From the IMG/VR virus record IMGVR_UViG_3300033434_000365, positions 1 through 29,554 of that record: 29,554 nucleotides of DNA, one strand, 5' to 3'. Position numbers and translations under genes: made by a program. Of this stretch, positions 7,701 through 15,455 are shown piece by piece. Positions within the stretch are counted from its first letter, which is position 1, and the number at the start of each line of letters is the position of its first letter. The notes under the pieces were generated by a model. It was not told the DNA's origin. It saw nothing but the letters and a program-made list of their open reading frames with translations, and ran no database searches. The stretch is from a virus (lineage: Duplodnaviria > Caudoviricetes).

Positions 7701-9105
7701 CATCATCGGCGCTTTTGCTGTAATACAGGTTATAGACGGCCGTGGTATCTGTATCCCCAGCGCTCATGTAAGTGAAAAACAGCCAGATGGTTCCGTCCGC
7801 CTGACGAAACAGGCAGGTATCGAGTTTCTTCCGGCTCGACAGCACGCCGGATATCGCAGGCTCCGCAGCCGTGCTCCAGCTGCCGCCCGGAACAGAAGCC
7901 GTTGTCTTATACAGCTTGCTGCCCGGCGTCCAGTATAGCGTCCCTAACACAGAAGCCGCGCCGCCGCTGAAAGCGGTTTTCTTCAGGCGCGTTCCGTCCA
8001 CAGTCAAGGTCAGGATGTTTCCTGCCGTTCCCGCTGTCAGTGCGGTCAACGTGAGCGTTCTGTCATTTCTGGCCGCACTCGCCTTGGTGCTGGCAACGGT
8101 CCCGGTGCCGTAGCGCACCCCTGACCCGGTTCCTTCGTAAGTCCCCGCCGTAATCGCGCAACGCAAATTCTCAGCGCAGATCTCGCGTCCCAGCGTGTCG
8201 ATCTTGACCTCATTGGCAACAGCCGGCGTGGATAATGTCGTGCGCCAGGTATAAGTCTTGTCGCCAATCACCACCATGTCGCCGTCCAGCGGCATCCCTT
8301 CGACAGTGATTGTGCCTGTGGCAAATCTGGCCGCTGTCACCGTGTACCAGAATTTCTGTCCTGTCCAATAGGTGCCGGCGGCGAAGGTGACGCTTGTCCC
8401 CTCGGTAATGGCTTGAGCCGACCCGGTCATGGTAATCTCGCTTGACCAGGCACCCTCGCCTTTTTTCCATTTAAATTTCGCCGTTGTTTGCGTGCCGTCC
8501 GCCGTAACCTCCATATAAATTGTGCTGTCATCGGTTCCGGTGTAGGTCCCGCTTCGCGTCACCGATATGGCGATATCCTGAATGTAGGTCACCAGATACC
8601 CGCTGCCGGTCCGGCAGATGGACGGCGAATAGATGGAGAGAGTCTGCGCCGCCTTGATGGTGTACTGAGAAACGCCGGAACCATCATAAGAAAAGGCCGC
8701 GACCTTCAGATTGTACTTTCCACTGCTATCCAGCAAGACATAGACCAGAGCCAGTTTGCCGTCCGCCATCTCCGTCAGCGACAAATCGTAGAACTTCCCG
8801 TTTCCGGTTGTTGAAAACAAATCCGCATAGTGAAACTCTACCCGCTGGGAATCGGTGTAGACCAGCTTGACCGACCTTGCCGAATAATTGATGGTATCAA
8901 ATTCATCCTGCGTATAGACAGCGATCAACCGTCCGCTGGAATGAAGAACGCTCGTGGCACCTGTCTGGTCCAGGGTTTCCGCGTTCAGGCGTTGGCCGGC
9001 CAACGGCAGATCGTCGGCGAACTGCCCCGCTTTGATTTCCACGATGGGATAGCGGCTCGCGTTATCTTGAGCGGCCAAAAACGCGGCGCTTAACACATTG
9101 GCCAT
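4702..9105 (-). CDS. Large tail-tip protein (1467 aa): beta-propeller-rich N-terminal part fused to a baseplate-hub (Tal/gp27-like) C-terminal part
   Basis: Position after tape measure and Dit-like genes. Asp-box SADDGATW and repeated beta-blade patterns. C-terminal third has hub-like features (GKLTFSLD...KKITLRWG...ISVECEDR...NRVTVTG...DAGDTLQV...VTNLTRRM). Confidence 0.7.
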   Translation of the reverse strand: MANVLSAAFLAAQDNASRYPIVEIKAGQFADDLPLAGQRLNAETLDQTGATSVLHSSGRLIAVYTQDEFDTINYSARSVKLVYTDSQRVEFHYADLFSTTGNGKFYDLSLTEMADGKLALVYVLLDSSGKYNLKVAAFSYDGSGVSQYTIKAAQTLSIYSPSICRTGSGYLVTYIQDIAISVTRSGTYTGTDDSTIYMEVTADGTQTTAKFKWKKGEGAWSSEITMTGSAQAITEGTSVTFAAGTYWTGQKFWYTVTAARFATGTITVEGMPLDGDMVVIGDKTYTWRTTLSTPAVANEVKIDTLGREICAENLRCAITAGTYEGTGSGVRYGTGTVASTKASAARNDRTLTLTALTAGTAGNILTLTVDGTRLKKTAFSGGAASVLGTLYWTPGSKLYKTTASVPGGSWSTAAEPAISGVLSSRKKLDTCLFRQADGTIWLFFTYMSAGDTDTTAVYNLYYSKSADDGATWSAAVSLTSFTAPSEIARRPAAVQKLAAEIVLAYDSVRTSLVMDKSSPYWTDEGSQAIKCLHFNPSTRKLYAVYGNTYVGTKAVYGIVRIDVDTWAIDRFWNGNTVPAIPQFFRENHVFYCHGSGSILAMLAQDAQILVLDDSANSMKILSLEDNSNYGLTQNVANVPWSSTYHWEYLTGVQIDADTNTLYFGFMKTGNSCTAQILTLDYTQANPSCTVFTTFTTDIFSATIPDTIDTMADSMVLDKANGYLIYCTKGLTGGISWAGSIRVFLLSGGGLYRHYYYQDSLTNFPYYGAGNPVIVGGKLYAGQWLYTTSYGQSNYWGVVSVDLASGAAKWYLPSGIISGGPQDAQFRNLTATSNGNIVASCKGGVALLDTQTETWNLINNTTTPGVFPTGISEFIGSAISYDAGNELIFMGVRDTINQFTGVVAFPVAGKIEQTQYIDALYSGGIWNFGAPAPLVKGSRDYSAALSVDPATSGLYAFWTRWNSSAGEQLYWDKEAGMLDLSAGLVRGQAIEQTRSIDGQPGKLTFSLDKGHLYDPHNQASLLSRYLKKGKKITLRWGEKIDGVDYWQEGTSVYVLTGVKLSYKRGNYPVISVECEDRRTLWENLGIVASVYYSGITPDAALGNLLQNYAGIEQTDLDLSVMSGENVLYYQWLDTTVKAAVESITNRYGYYMDVSLADDAVRARRIAKNNSINHIYGSAANLLEFSPDDSYSNLTNRVTVTGEGRTPLDVETAEESIGSESGTLGFFQHKQVHRIYYSDDHQKRAARPRLEITQNVSSIGFKMGGQMKQWISAVDPAGHWVEVTSEGPNLMPVLVAAIALFVLGKSQPPAVGTISEPAESKRGSWMKDAGLYIALQCLAAVGNYAFTIHACPIGQTYQTFEASANDTELQNDLRGTVIETRIDDPLVYDASQAQQVAQRELWILQAQRRRVKFSKTAHLQDDAGDTLQVPHPYTGAPLKLFVTNLTRRMTIPGNGGSGEYMDSVEGWVL

Positions 9106-9467
9106 TACGTCACCACCTCGTCTAAGATAATCAGAGTCATAGCGACATTCAGCATGTATTCGTTATTTTTATCAAATAAAAGCGACCCGTCAAAAGCTGC
9201 GATTTTTACGTGATAGACCTTACCGCCGATGCCGCTTTCCCATACCACTACATTCCCCGCCTGGTACAGAGCATCCAGGGTTTCAAACAAAGCAACCGTC
9301 ATGGACTTCCAGGTCAGCTTAATTTCCTTGCCGGCAAGAATGCTGCCCCAGTCAAAAACAGCAACGCCGCCGTAGGTGCTGACCACGGCGGTCGCTCTCG
9401 TCGCTCTCGGTTTTGTGCACTCAAGCGGAGTGTACTGTTCCGGCAAGGTGATGCCGCCGATGATCAT
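9105..9467 (-). CDS. Distal tail (Dit/gpM-like) protein
   Basis: 120-aa beta-rich protein immediately after the tape measure gene, overlapping both neighbours. Confidence 0.6.
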   Translation of the reverse strand: MIIGGITLPEQYTPLECTKPRATRATAVVSTYGGVAVFDWGSILAGKEIKLTWKSMTVALFETLDALYQAGNVVVWESGIGGKVYHVKIAAFDGSLLFDKNNEYMLNVAMTLIILDEVVT

Positions 9468-12346
9468 GCCCTCGCCTCCTCATAGATAATTCGCTGCACC
9501 AGTTCGGTAATTTCGGATCTGAGCCGCCCGGCCAGCCGTGGATTGGTTTCACCGGCAACACTCACCGGCACGCTGATCTGATGATAAGTGTCTCCGCTTT
9601 CCATGAGCCGCTTAGTGTCCTGCGCATTGTAGACGTAACCACCGCGATTGAAGTTGATCAGTTCCGGTCCTTTTTCACCCACGAGCGCATATCCACCGGA
9701 ATAATCGCCACCGGAAGCAAACCCAGGAATATTGTTATTACTAAAAAAGTTGCTGCCGAACAGCCCCATCATAAGCCTGGCGGCAAGCCACTTGGCAATC
9801 ATGTCGTTAATCATCTTCAGCACGCTTTTGGCCAGATCTTGAAAGGCATCGCCAATGGACTTGGTGCCATTTAAGACATCCGAGAAGAAGGTGGAAAAGC
9901 CGCTATAAAGGCCGTCCGTAAACTCTGCCATATACGACATGGAGGTCCGGTGCGCTTCCTGCCAGATTTTATAATAGGAATCGATCATTTGCTGCCGCCC
10001 GGACAGATCCCGTTCCTGCATGGCTTCTTCTTTATTGAGCAGTTCCTGAAAACGCGCCAAGTCGCCATCTTCCCGCGCCCGGTCCAGCTCCTCCTGAAAT
10101 TTAACGCGCTCATAGTGCAAGTCTTTAATTTTTTGGTTTTTCTCCGCTTCAATGGCGACCTGTTCGGCAGCCGCCTGGCGGCTAAAATCCACCATGCCGG
10201 TTTCTGTAATCGCGAACTGGATTCCATTGGCTTCCCACGCTTTGCGGAACTGCTCCTGCTGAGCAGCTGTGCCGGTGGAATACTCCAGGGCAAGATCTCT
10301 GTATTTTTTCCGCACTTCATCGATTTGCCGCACCGCGTCGGTTTTGATGTCAAACTTCTGCTTGTCAACGCCAGCCAGGCCAATCCCACCTAGCTTATCA
10401 GAAAGACTCCGGGCCAAATCAGCCGCCTGATCGGCAATCCGGTTGTTTTCCTTTTGCTCATCCAGCAAAATCTTTTTCTTTTTCGCAGCGTAGATTTCAT
10501 TGAGCCGCAAGATATCCCGCTCATGATTTTCATTGGCTTCTTTGGATTCGTTTAAGGTTTCCAGTTCATCGGCGTACCAGGCCTCAAGGGCGTCCATTTG
10601 TGTGGCGGTAAGCTGCAGCCATTCTTTTTCAATCGCCTTGCTTGCCTGCTCCGCTTTTTTCTGCAGTTTCTCAAAATCTTTTGCCGCTTTGTCTGTTCCG
10701 CTGCCGCTCGCTGGCGAACTGGTGCTTGGTGCGGCATTCGTAAGTCCCGTGAATTTGGTGTTGGGCTTCGTCATTTGGGGAAGCAAGGCGGAGATATCCT
10801 TGCGGCTAAAGCCAAAGGTAAATTTGCTCGCCGACGCGCCAATTTTGTTGATTCCCTCAGTGACCTTGTTAAACCAGTTCCCCACCGAATCGGGAATGAA
10901 CTGCGCAAAGAAGCTTTTCAGCGGGCTGAGTTTGTCTACAATCCAGTTGATGCCCTGCGCAACTACTTCTTTAATGCTGGCCCAAGCGCCATCAATGAAA
11001 TCTACGATGCCGTTCCACACACTGGAGGTGGCTTCGCCCGCCGCGTTCCAGCCATCGCCAATGAACTGGGCCACCGCACTCAGCGCATTTTCAACAAGGT
11101 TGGTGATCCAGTTCCATGCTTCGGATATGGTCGCTACAATGCTGTTCCAGATGCCAACCGTAAAACCTACGATGGCATTCCATGCATCAGAAATAGCTGT
11201 AGTAACTACGGTCACAGCATTGTCTACGACATTGCTAATCGCGTTCCAGGCATCAGTAAAGATGTCCGTGACCGTACTCCACAAAGTGCTGAAAAGCTCG
11301 GACAGCGGCTCCCAGTTGGTCCAGATTTCGTAAGCCAGTAGACCTACCGCTGCTCCGGCTGCAATAAAGGGTAGTAAAGGAGCCAGTGCCGTCCAGGCCG
11401 CTATACCAAAAGCTACCATTGCCGGCACCGCCGCACCAAGTAAAGCCCCTGAAAGAACAAACACCGAAGCGATGACTTCCGGCGGGATCATGCCTTGCAA
11501 CGCTTCTTTCAACCCGAGCGCCTTTACCGCCGCGGCAAATTGCGACAGCCAGTCCGCAACGCCCTGCAGCTTTTCCACTAGGTTTAGGTTTTTCGCAATG
11601 CTGTCGCCGATTTCCACCATGACCATGCTCACATTATCCTTGATGGTCGACATGAGTCCGGGGATGGTCTTGCTCATGGCTTCCATTCCGCCCTGGAATT
11701 TGGACTGCATGCCCATTAAAAGCGCGTTGATGCCGGTAGTGCTGTCAATCGCCCCTTGCTCTGCCATTTTCATGGCTGTGGGAATATCTTTTCCAATGGC
11801 GTCCGCTAGGAACTTCCATGCCGGCACTCCGGCTTCAGCCAGTTGCATCATCTCTTCGGCGGACACTTTCCCTTTGGCTTGCATCTGGCCGATGGCATTG
11901 GTTAAACGGCTGATGCCCTCCTGCCCAATTCCCAACATCGCCGCCGCGTCCCCAATAGCTGCCAGCATCGGAATGATGTCTTGCGACGCAAAGCCGAAGG
12001 CCAATAGTTTTTTCGATGCAGTTAAAAGCCCCGGCAGTTCAAAAGGAGTATCCGCCGCAAACGTGGCCAGCTCGGAGAGCATTTTTTCCGCTGCCTGTGC
12101 ATCGCCAAGCAACGTGGTGAGTGCTTTTCGACTAGCATCCATGTCGCCTGCCAGTTTGATGCTGGCAATCCCGAAAGCGGCGAGAGCTGCCGTTGCGGCG
12201 GCTAGGCCGGTGGCAATGCTCTCCGACGCTGCCATCGCTTCCGAGCCTAGCCCTTTGCGGAGTGCGCGCTTGGTGCTCTCCCATTTTTTCAAAAAATCGC
12301 TGTTGTCCCCGCCGATAAAAATCGTCATCGAAGCGTTCCCGGCCAT
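9464..12346 (-). CDS. Tail tape measure protein (960 aa)
   Basis: N-terminal tape-measure domain (FAADTPFELPGL...GQMQAKGKVSAEEMMQLAEAG), hydrophobic segment, Trp-periodic repeats, coiled coil, C-terminal FASGG...VGEKGPEL. Confidence 0.96.
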   Translation of the reverse strand: MAGNASMTIFIGGDNSDFLKKWESTKRALRKGLGSEAMAASESIATGLAAATAALAAFGIASIKLAGDMDASRKALTTLLGDAQAAEKMLSELATFAADTPFELPGLLTASKKLLAFGFASQDIIPMLAAIGDAAAMLGIGQEGISRLTNAIGQMQAKGKVSAEEMMQLAEAGVPAWKFLADAIGKDIPTAMKMAEQGAIDSTTGINALLMGMQSKFQGGMEAMSKTIPGLMSTIKDNVSMVMVEIGDSIAKNLNLVEKLQGVADWLSQFAAAVKALGLKEALQGMIPPEVIASVFVLSGALLGAAVPAMVAFGIAAWTALAPLLPFIAAGAAVGLLAYEIWTNWEPLSELFSTLWSTVTDIFTDAWNAISNVVDNAVTVVTTAISDAWNAIVGFTVGIWNSIVATISEAWNWITNLVENALSAVAQFIGDGWNAAGEATSSVWNGIVDFIDGAWASIKEVVAQGINWIVDKLSPLKSFFAQFIPDSVGNWFNKVTEGINKIGASASKFTFGFSRKDISALLPQMTKPNTKFTGLTNAAPSTSSPASGSGTDKAAKDFEKLQKKAEQASKAIEKEWLQLTATQMDALEAWYADELETLNESKEANENHERDILRLNEIYAAKKKKILLDEQKENNRIADQAADLARSLSDKLGGIGLAGVDKQKFDIKTDAVRQIDEVRKKYRDLALEYSTGTAAQQEQFRKAWEANGIQFAITETGMVDFSRQAAAEQVAIEAEKNQKIKDLHYERVKFQEELDRAREDGDLARFQELLNKEEAMQERDLSGRQQMIDSYYKIWQEAHRTSMSYMAEFTDGLYSGFSTFFSDVLNGTKSIGDAFQDLAKSVLKMINDMIAKWLAARLMMGLFGSNFFSNNNIPGFASGGDYSGGYALVGEKGPELINFNRGGYVYNAQDTKRLMESGDTYHQISVPVSVAGETNPRLAGRLRSEITELVQRIIYEEARA
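10930..11325 (-). repeat. Approximately 11-residue Trp/Phe-periodic repeats within the tape measure protein
   Basis: LFSTLW-STVTDIFTDAW-NAIS...ISDAW-NAIVGFTVGIW-NSIVATISEAW...GDGW-NAAGEATSSVW-NGIVDFIDGAW. Boundaries approximate. Confidence 0.8.
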
Positions 12347-12350
12347 AGTC

Positions 12351-12677
12351 TCACCCCACTTTCGACAGCAAGTCTTTTATTGCCATCTTGGCTTCATCTT
12401 GCGTTACTTTTGGTTTTTCTTTCGGCTCCCGGCCAAGTAGCATATCCACCGTAACCGTTTTTTTCAGGTCGCGCGACGTGCAGGTGTTGATAATGGAAGC
12501 CACAAAACCCGCTGTCATTATCTGTTCCTGCCTGGTTCGCCAGTGATAGCCTTCCGCCAGCTCGTAAAACTCGCCGAAGGTTAGCCGTCCAAATTCCCAT
12601 GGTTTTAATCCCAAAGGGCCGTAAGCCACCGGCGCGGCCTTTTCGATCCACTGGGCTACGGTGGTTACTCGTTTCCC
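12351..12677 (-). CDS. Tail assembly chaperone, frameshifted C-terminal part (gpT-like)
   Basis: The -1 frame is open from the slippery site: ...RVTTVAQWIEKAAPVAYGPLGLKPWEFGRLT..., continuous with track ORF 12351-12629. LGL-x-P-x-EF-x-x-LT is typical of gpT-like parts. Confidence 0.85.
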   Translation of the reverse strand, partial: GKRVTTVAQWIEKAAPVAYGPLGLKPWEFGRLTFGEFYELAEGYHWRTRQEQIMTAGFVASIINTCTSRDLKKTVTVDMLLGREPKEKPKVTQDEAKMAIKDLLSKVG

Positions 12678-13027
12678 TCGTCTGTCTCCTCTTGCGCGTC
12701 TTCTTCACCGGTTAGGCTCTCGCCCATAATCTTCGATGCCTTGATGGCTTCCCCGATCTTGCCGGCCAGTTCCCCGAAGCTGCCGCCGACTTCCATGTAT
12801 TCTTGCATCATCAGGCCCACGCGCTGCAAAGTGATCCCTTTTTCCGCATGCTTGAGACCTCCCCACAGCAGAATGCGGATCGCCGAAAACCCCGCCGCCA
12901 TGGGATTGCTCATCACATAGAGCAGGGATTTTCCTCCCATCAGCTCTTCCATCTCGGCGGCGGCGTTAATATCGTAGCGAAGGCGGCGCTCCTTGCCGCC
13001 AATCGTAATAAACACAGGTCCTGTCAT
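12665..13027 (-). CDS. Tail assembly chaperone (gpG-like)
   Basis: Lies between the major tail and tape measure genes; IGGKERRLRYDINA motif; acidic C-terminus ending at a slippery site. Confidence 0.88.
   Translation of the reverse strand: MTGPVFITIGGKERRLRYDINAAAEMEELMGGKSLLYVMSNPMAAGFSAIRILLWGGLKHAEKGITLQRVGLMMQEYMEVGGSFGELAGKIGEAIKASKIMGESLTGEEDAQEETDEGNE
12671..12677 (-). other. Programmed -1 ribosomal frameshift heptamer G-GGA-AAC
   Basis: Minus strand GAG GGA AAC GAG TAA is an X XXY YYZ heptamer in the correct phase, just before the gpG stop; the -1 frame joins the downstream ORF. Confidence 0.88.
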
Positions 13028-13049
13028 CGTTCATTCCTCCATTTTCAAG

Positions 13050-13083
13050 AAAACAGGGTGCACAATCAAAACTGCACACCCCA
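13050..13083 (-). terminator. Intrinsic terminator / attenuator after the major tail gene
   Basis: Minus strand GGGTGTGCA-loop-TGTGCACCC (two G-U pairs) followed by TGTTTTC. Confidence 0.6.
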
Positions 13084-13087
13084 TCCG

Positions 13088-13879
13088 TTATGCCGCGGGT
13101 GCAACGCCCGGAGTTGTATTAGCCGAAACCGGAGACGCCGTCAAACCAGCGCAGGTCCCGTTGGCAATGGCAATGTTGAGAGTGCTGTCATTGGCCGCCG
13201 CTGATAAAGCAGTAAGCTCCACTTTTGTTCCGTAGCCGCCCACGCTGAATTTGGCGGTAATCGCGCTGTCTGCAGCCAAAGCTTCTTTGGCTTTTTGCGC
13301 TACTACGGTCGCCGAATCATTGAGCGCCACGGCTACGCTGAGGGCTTTCGGAGAACCAGTCATCCCTGCGGCAGTCACTGTGAAGGTGGCATTGCCGGCA
13401 GTCGTAATGGTGCCGACAACCTCAGCCGTTTCTACCTGTTTGGTTCCATTTACTTCTTCCGGCGCACCCGCTCCGGCCAAAGTGATTTTATATGTCGCCA
13501 CGCCGTCATGCGGAGACTCTTCGCTCAAATCGGTAATGGCCGCATAGCCTTGAAATTTCGATCCGTCCTTGCGGACATACCGCACATGCACCAACTCGCG
13601 GTTGGCAAACACAGTGAGTAGCTTGGCACGGCCCGCATCAATGCTTAAGCCGGATGCGTCGGTCAGCATCACCGCATCGGCATCAATACTCCAGGACATC
13701 ATGCCCGGTACGCTGGTTTTCCAGGCTCCCGACTGCTTATTCGATGCATCAATTTGCTCCGCCGTCAGGCTCAAGGTCGCGCCCCGCTGGCCGCCAATTA
13801 CTGTCCAGATTGGGATTTCGGCTGTACCGGTATTTACTTTCAGCAGAAAATCCACGCCATCGCTTGGAATCAAAGGCAT
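13088..13879 (-). CDS. Major tail tube protein (TP901-1-like) with C-terminal accessory domain
   Basis: G-x-DFLL-x-V...GGQRGATLS...IDAS-x-K...W...G-x-x-SWSI-x-A...YKITLAGAG in the first ~140 aa, then an Ala/Thr-rich extra domain. Confidence 0.93.
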   Translation of the reverse strand: MPLIPSDGVDFLLKVNTGTAEIPIWTVIGGQRGATLSLTAEQIDASNKQSGAWKTSVPGMMSWSIDADAVMLTDASGLSIDAGRAKLLTVFANRELVHVRYVRKDGSKFQGYAAITDLSEESPHDGVATYKITLAGAGAPEEVNGTKQVETAEVVGTITTAGNATFTVTAAGMTGSPKALSVAVALNDSATVVAQKAKEALAADSAITAKFSVGGYGTKVELTALSAAANDSTLNIAIANGTCAGLTASPVSANTTPGVAPAA

Positions 13880-13885
13880 CTTTCA

Positions 13886-14278
13886 TCACTCCTTAGTATC
13901 AATAATCGTAAACTTGAAGGTTACCGCCGCTTCACGGTGCGTTTCTAGTCGTTCCACCGAATGGCTGTCCACGCTTGAAAGAACAACCTGCCACGCATCA
14001 GTTAAAACCAGCGGCTCGTTTTGTATCGCCGAAATAGCCCGATCGCAAAGCTCCGCCACTTCCTTGTCCCCCTGGTACTCGCTGTAGACCTTAAGGGTAG
14101 CCATGACGTCCGCTCCGCACACCGTTTTTGTACTCCAGCTCTCTGCCGTCGTGTCAGTCAGCACCACATAGGGTGCTTTTTTCCCTGCCGGCACATAGTC
14201 ATAAACCGGAGCGGCCATCTGGCCTTTTAGCCGCTCAAAGAGTGCCTTGTTGAGCGGTGACACAGGGGATCGCTTCAC
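13886..14278 (-). CDS. Tail completion / terminator protein (DUF3168-like)
   Basis: VYDYVP...PYVV motif; position just before the major tail gene. Confidence 0.8.
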   Translation of the reverse strand: MKRSPVSPLNKALFERLKGQMAAPVYDYVPAGKKAPYVVLTDTTAESWSTKTVCGADVMATLKVYSEYQGDKEVAELCDRAISAIQNEPLVLTDAWQVVLSSVDSHSVERLETHREAAVTFKFTIIDTKE

Positions 14279-14637
14279 CGTCTCACCTCATTTCGCACCG
14301 CTGTCCGGATCTTTTCTTGGATGCCCGGCATCAGCTCACGGCGCGCCCGCTCGGCAAAGTGCTTGCCCTTCACACCCCGTTTGGTGCCATATTCCTGCAG
14401 CGGCGCGTGTGGGGATTTGGCTCTGACCATGCGGGAGATGCCGTACTTGCCCTTGCGGTTCACGATGCTTTTTCGAAGCAGGCCGCTTTTGACCGGAGCC
14501 AGCGAGCGCTCGCGCTTTCGAACTTCCTTAGCCCCCAGCTCGGTTTCCTTTTCAATGGCCTGGCTGACATTGGTAGAAATGAGATCCCCGAAGGAAACAC
14601 ATTGATCAATTCCGGTTACCCTAATTGCCGGCCGCAT
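14275..14637 (-). CDS. HK97 gp10-like neck/tail protein
   Basis: APVKSGLLRKSI and EYGT...F motifs. Confidence 0.88.
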   Translation of the reverse strand: MRPAIRVTGIDQCVSFGDLISTNVSQAIEKETELGAKEVRKRERSLAPVKSGLLRKSIVNRKGKYGISRMVRAKSPHAPLQEYGTKRGVKGKHFAERARRELMPGIQEKIRTAVRNEVRR

Positions 14638-14959
14638 CGGCCACCACCTCCTGGCATTCCAGTCTTAAAAACGCATGCTTTTCTTCCATATCAATAGGCG
14701 GCCCGATCTGCTCAAAGATACGGTCGCCGTATTGAATCCGGTCCGACACCGCCACATCGCGGCGATAGCGAATAATGATGCGGTGTAAAATCTCAGGTGT
14801 TAGTTGCTCATATTGGTCTACCGTTTTGGCGGTCAACGCCATAAGCTTGGCCCAAACGGTGGCTCGCGTCATATAAATCGTTTCATAGCCGCCCTGATCG
14901 TCCGGCACCTGGGTTTCCTTCAGCAATATGCAGCGGCAGTTCAGTTCTCCTGGATTCAT
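14621..14959 (-). CDS. Head closure (head-tail adaptor, SPP1 gp16-like) protein
   Basis: MNPGELN-x-R...DDQGG...TVWA...IIIRYR-x-D...RI-x-YG-x-R-x-F. Confidence 0.88.
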   Translation of the reverse strand: MNPGELNCRCILLKETQVPDDQGGYETIYMTRATVWAKLMALTAKTVDQYEQLTPEILHRIIIRYRRDVAVSDRIQYGDRIFEQIGPPIDMEEKHAFLRLECQEVVADAAGN

Positions 14960-14967
14960 ATCATCAC

Positions 14968-15234
14968 CTACCAGAGATGCGCACGATATGGGGAAAGAAG
15001 AACATACACCACATTGGGAATATCCTCGCCCGCGCGCTGTTCATAAAAATGTCCTATTAGAATCAGCAAGGCTTGTTTAACGGGAGTTGGCGTTTCACTC
15101 GGCAGTGGTGCTTGCAGATAGTTTTCCGAGTGGGATATCGCCGCGGAAAGCAAGGCGGTGAGAAGGGAATTTTCCTCCTCACCGTCAATGCGCAGGTATT
15201 CCTTTATTTCCGTCAGTGTCAGCGGCTCAGCCAT
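14968..15234 (-). CDS. Head-tail connector (HK97 gp6-like)
   Basis: LTLTEIKEYLRID...KQALLILIGHFYEQR...LLSPYR. Confidence 0.92.
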   Translation of the reverse strand: MAEPLTLTEIKEYLRIDGEEENSLLTALLSAAISHSENYLQAPLPSETPTPVKQALLILIGHFYEQRAGEDIPNVVYVLLSPYRAHLW

Positions 15235-15445
15235 TGGTTGGTTCCATGAGGCCCGCGGCTTTTAGCTTGGCAAGAAGCAAATTGAAGTCCGTCACCAGCC
15301 CCGCTATGGTAGTCGCCGTACTGTCAGCCTGAAACGCGGCTGGTATAAAAAGGCCCACCACCTGCCCGCCTGCTACAATCTCCAAGGTGCCGCCAATTAC
15401 GGTTCTCTCCCCGCCTTGCTCCGTATAGTTTTTGACGTTACTCAT
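15227..15445 (-). CDS. Head fibre / decoration protein
   Basis: 72 aa right after the capsid gene; NYTEQGGERTVIGG and QADSTAT...FN-x-LLAKLKAAGLM. Confidence 0.7.
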   Translation of the reverse strand: MSNVKNYTEQGGERTVIGGTLEIVAGGQVVGLFIPAAFQADSTATTIAGLVTDFNLLLAKLKAAGLMEPTNG

Positions 15446-15455
15446 CGTTTCTCAC

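Noticed and set aside
3044-9105. Diversity-generating retroelement or invertible tail-fibre cassette
   Set aside because: No reverse transcriptase, template/variable repeat pair or inverted crossover sites were seen by eye; a self-dotplot would be needed to exclude them fully.
10533-12440. Long plus-strand ORFs (266, 247 and 322 aa)
   Set aside because: Antisense to the tape measure gene; explained by codon bias of an Ala-rich gene.
12394-12708. Alternative minus-strand 104-aa ORF as the chaperone extension
   Set aside because: Wrong frame for the slippery heptamer; the -1 frame gives the gpT-like sequence.
13088-13438. Contractile tail suggested by sheath-like segments
   Set aside because: No sheath or baseplate-wedge genes are present; tube, chaperone and tape measure organisation is siphoviral.
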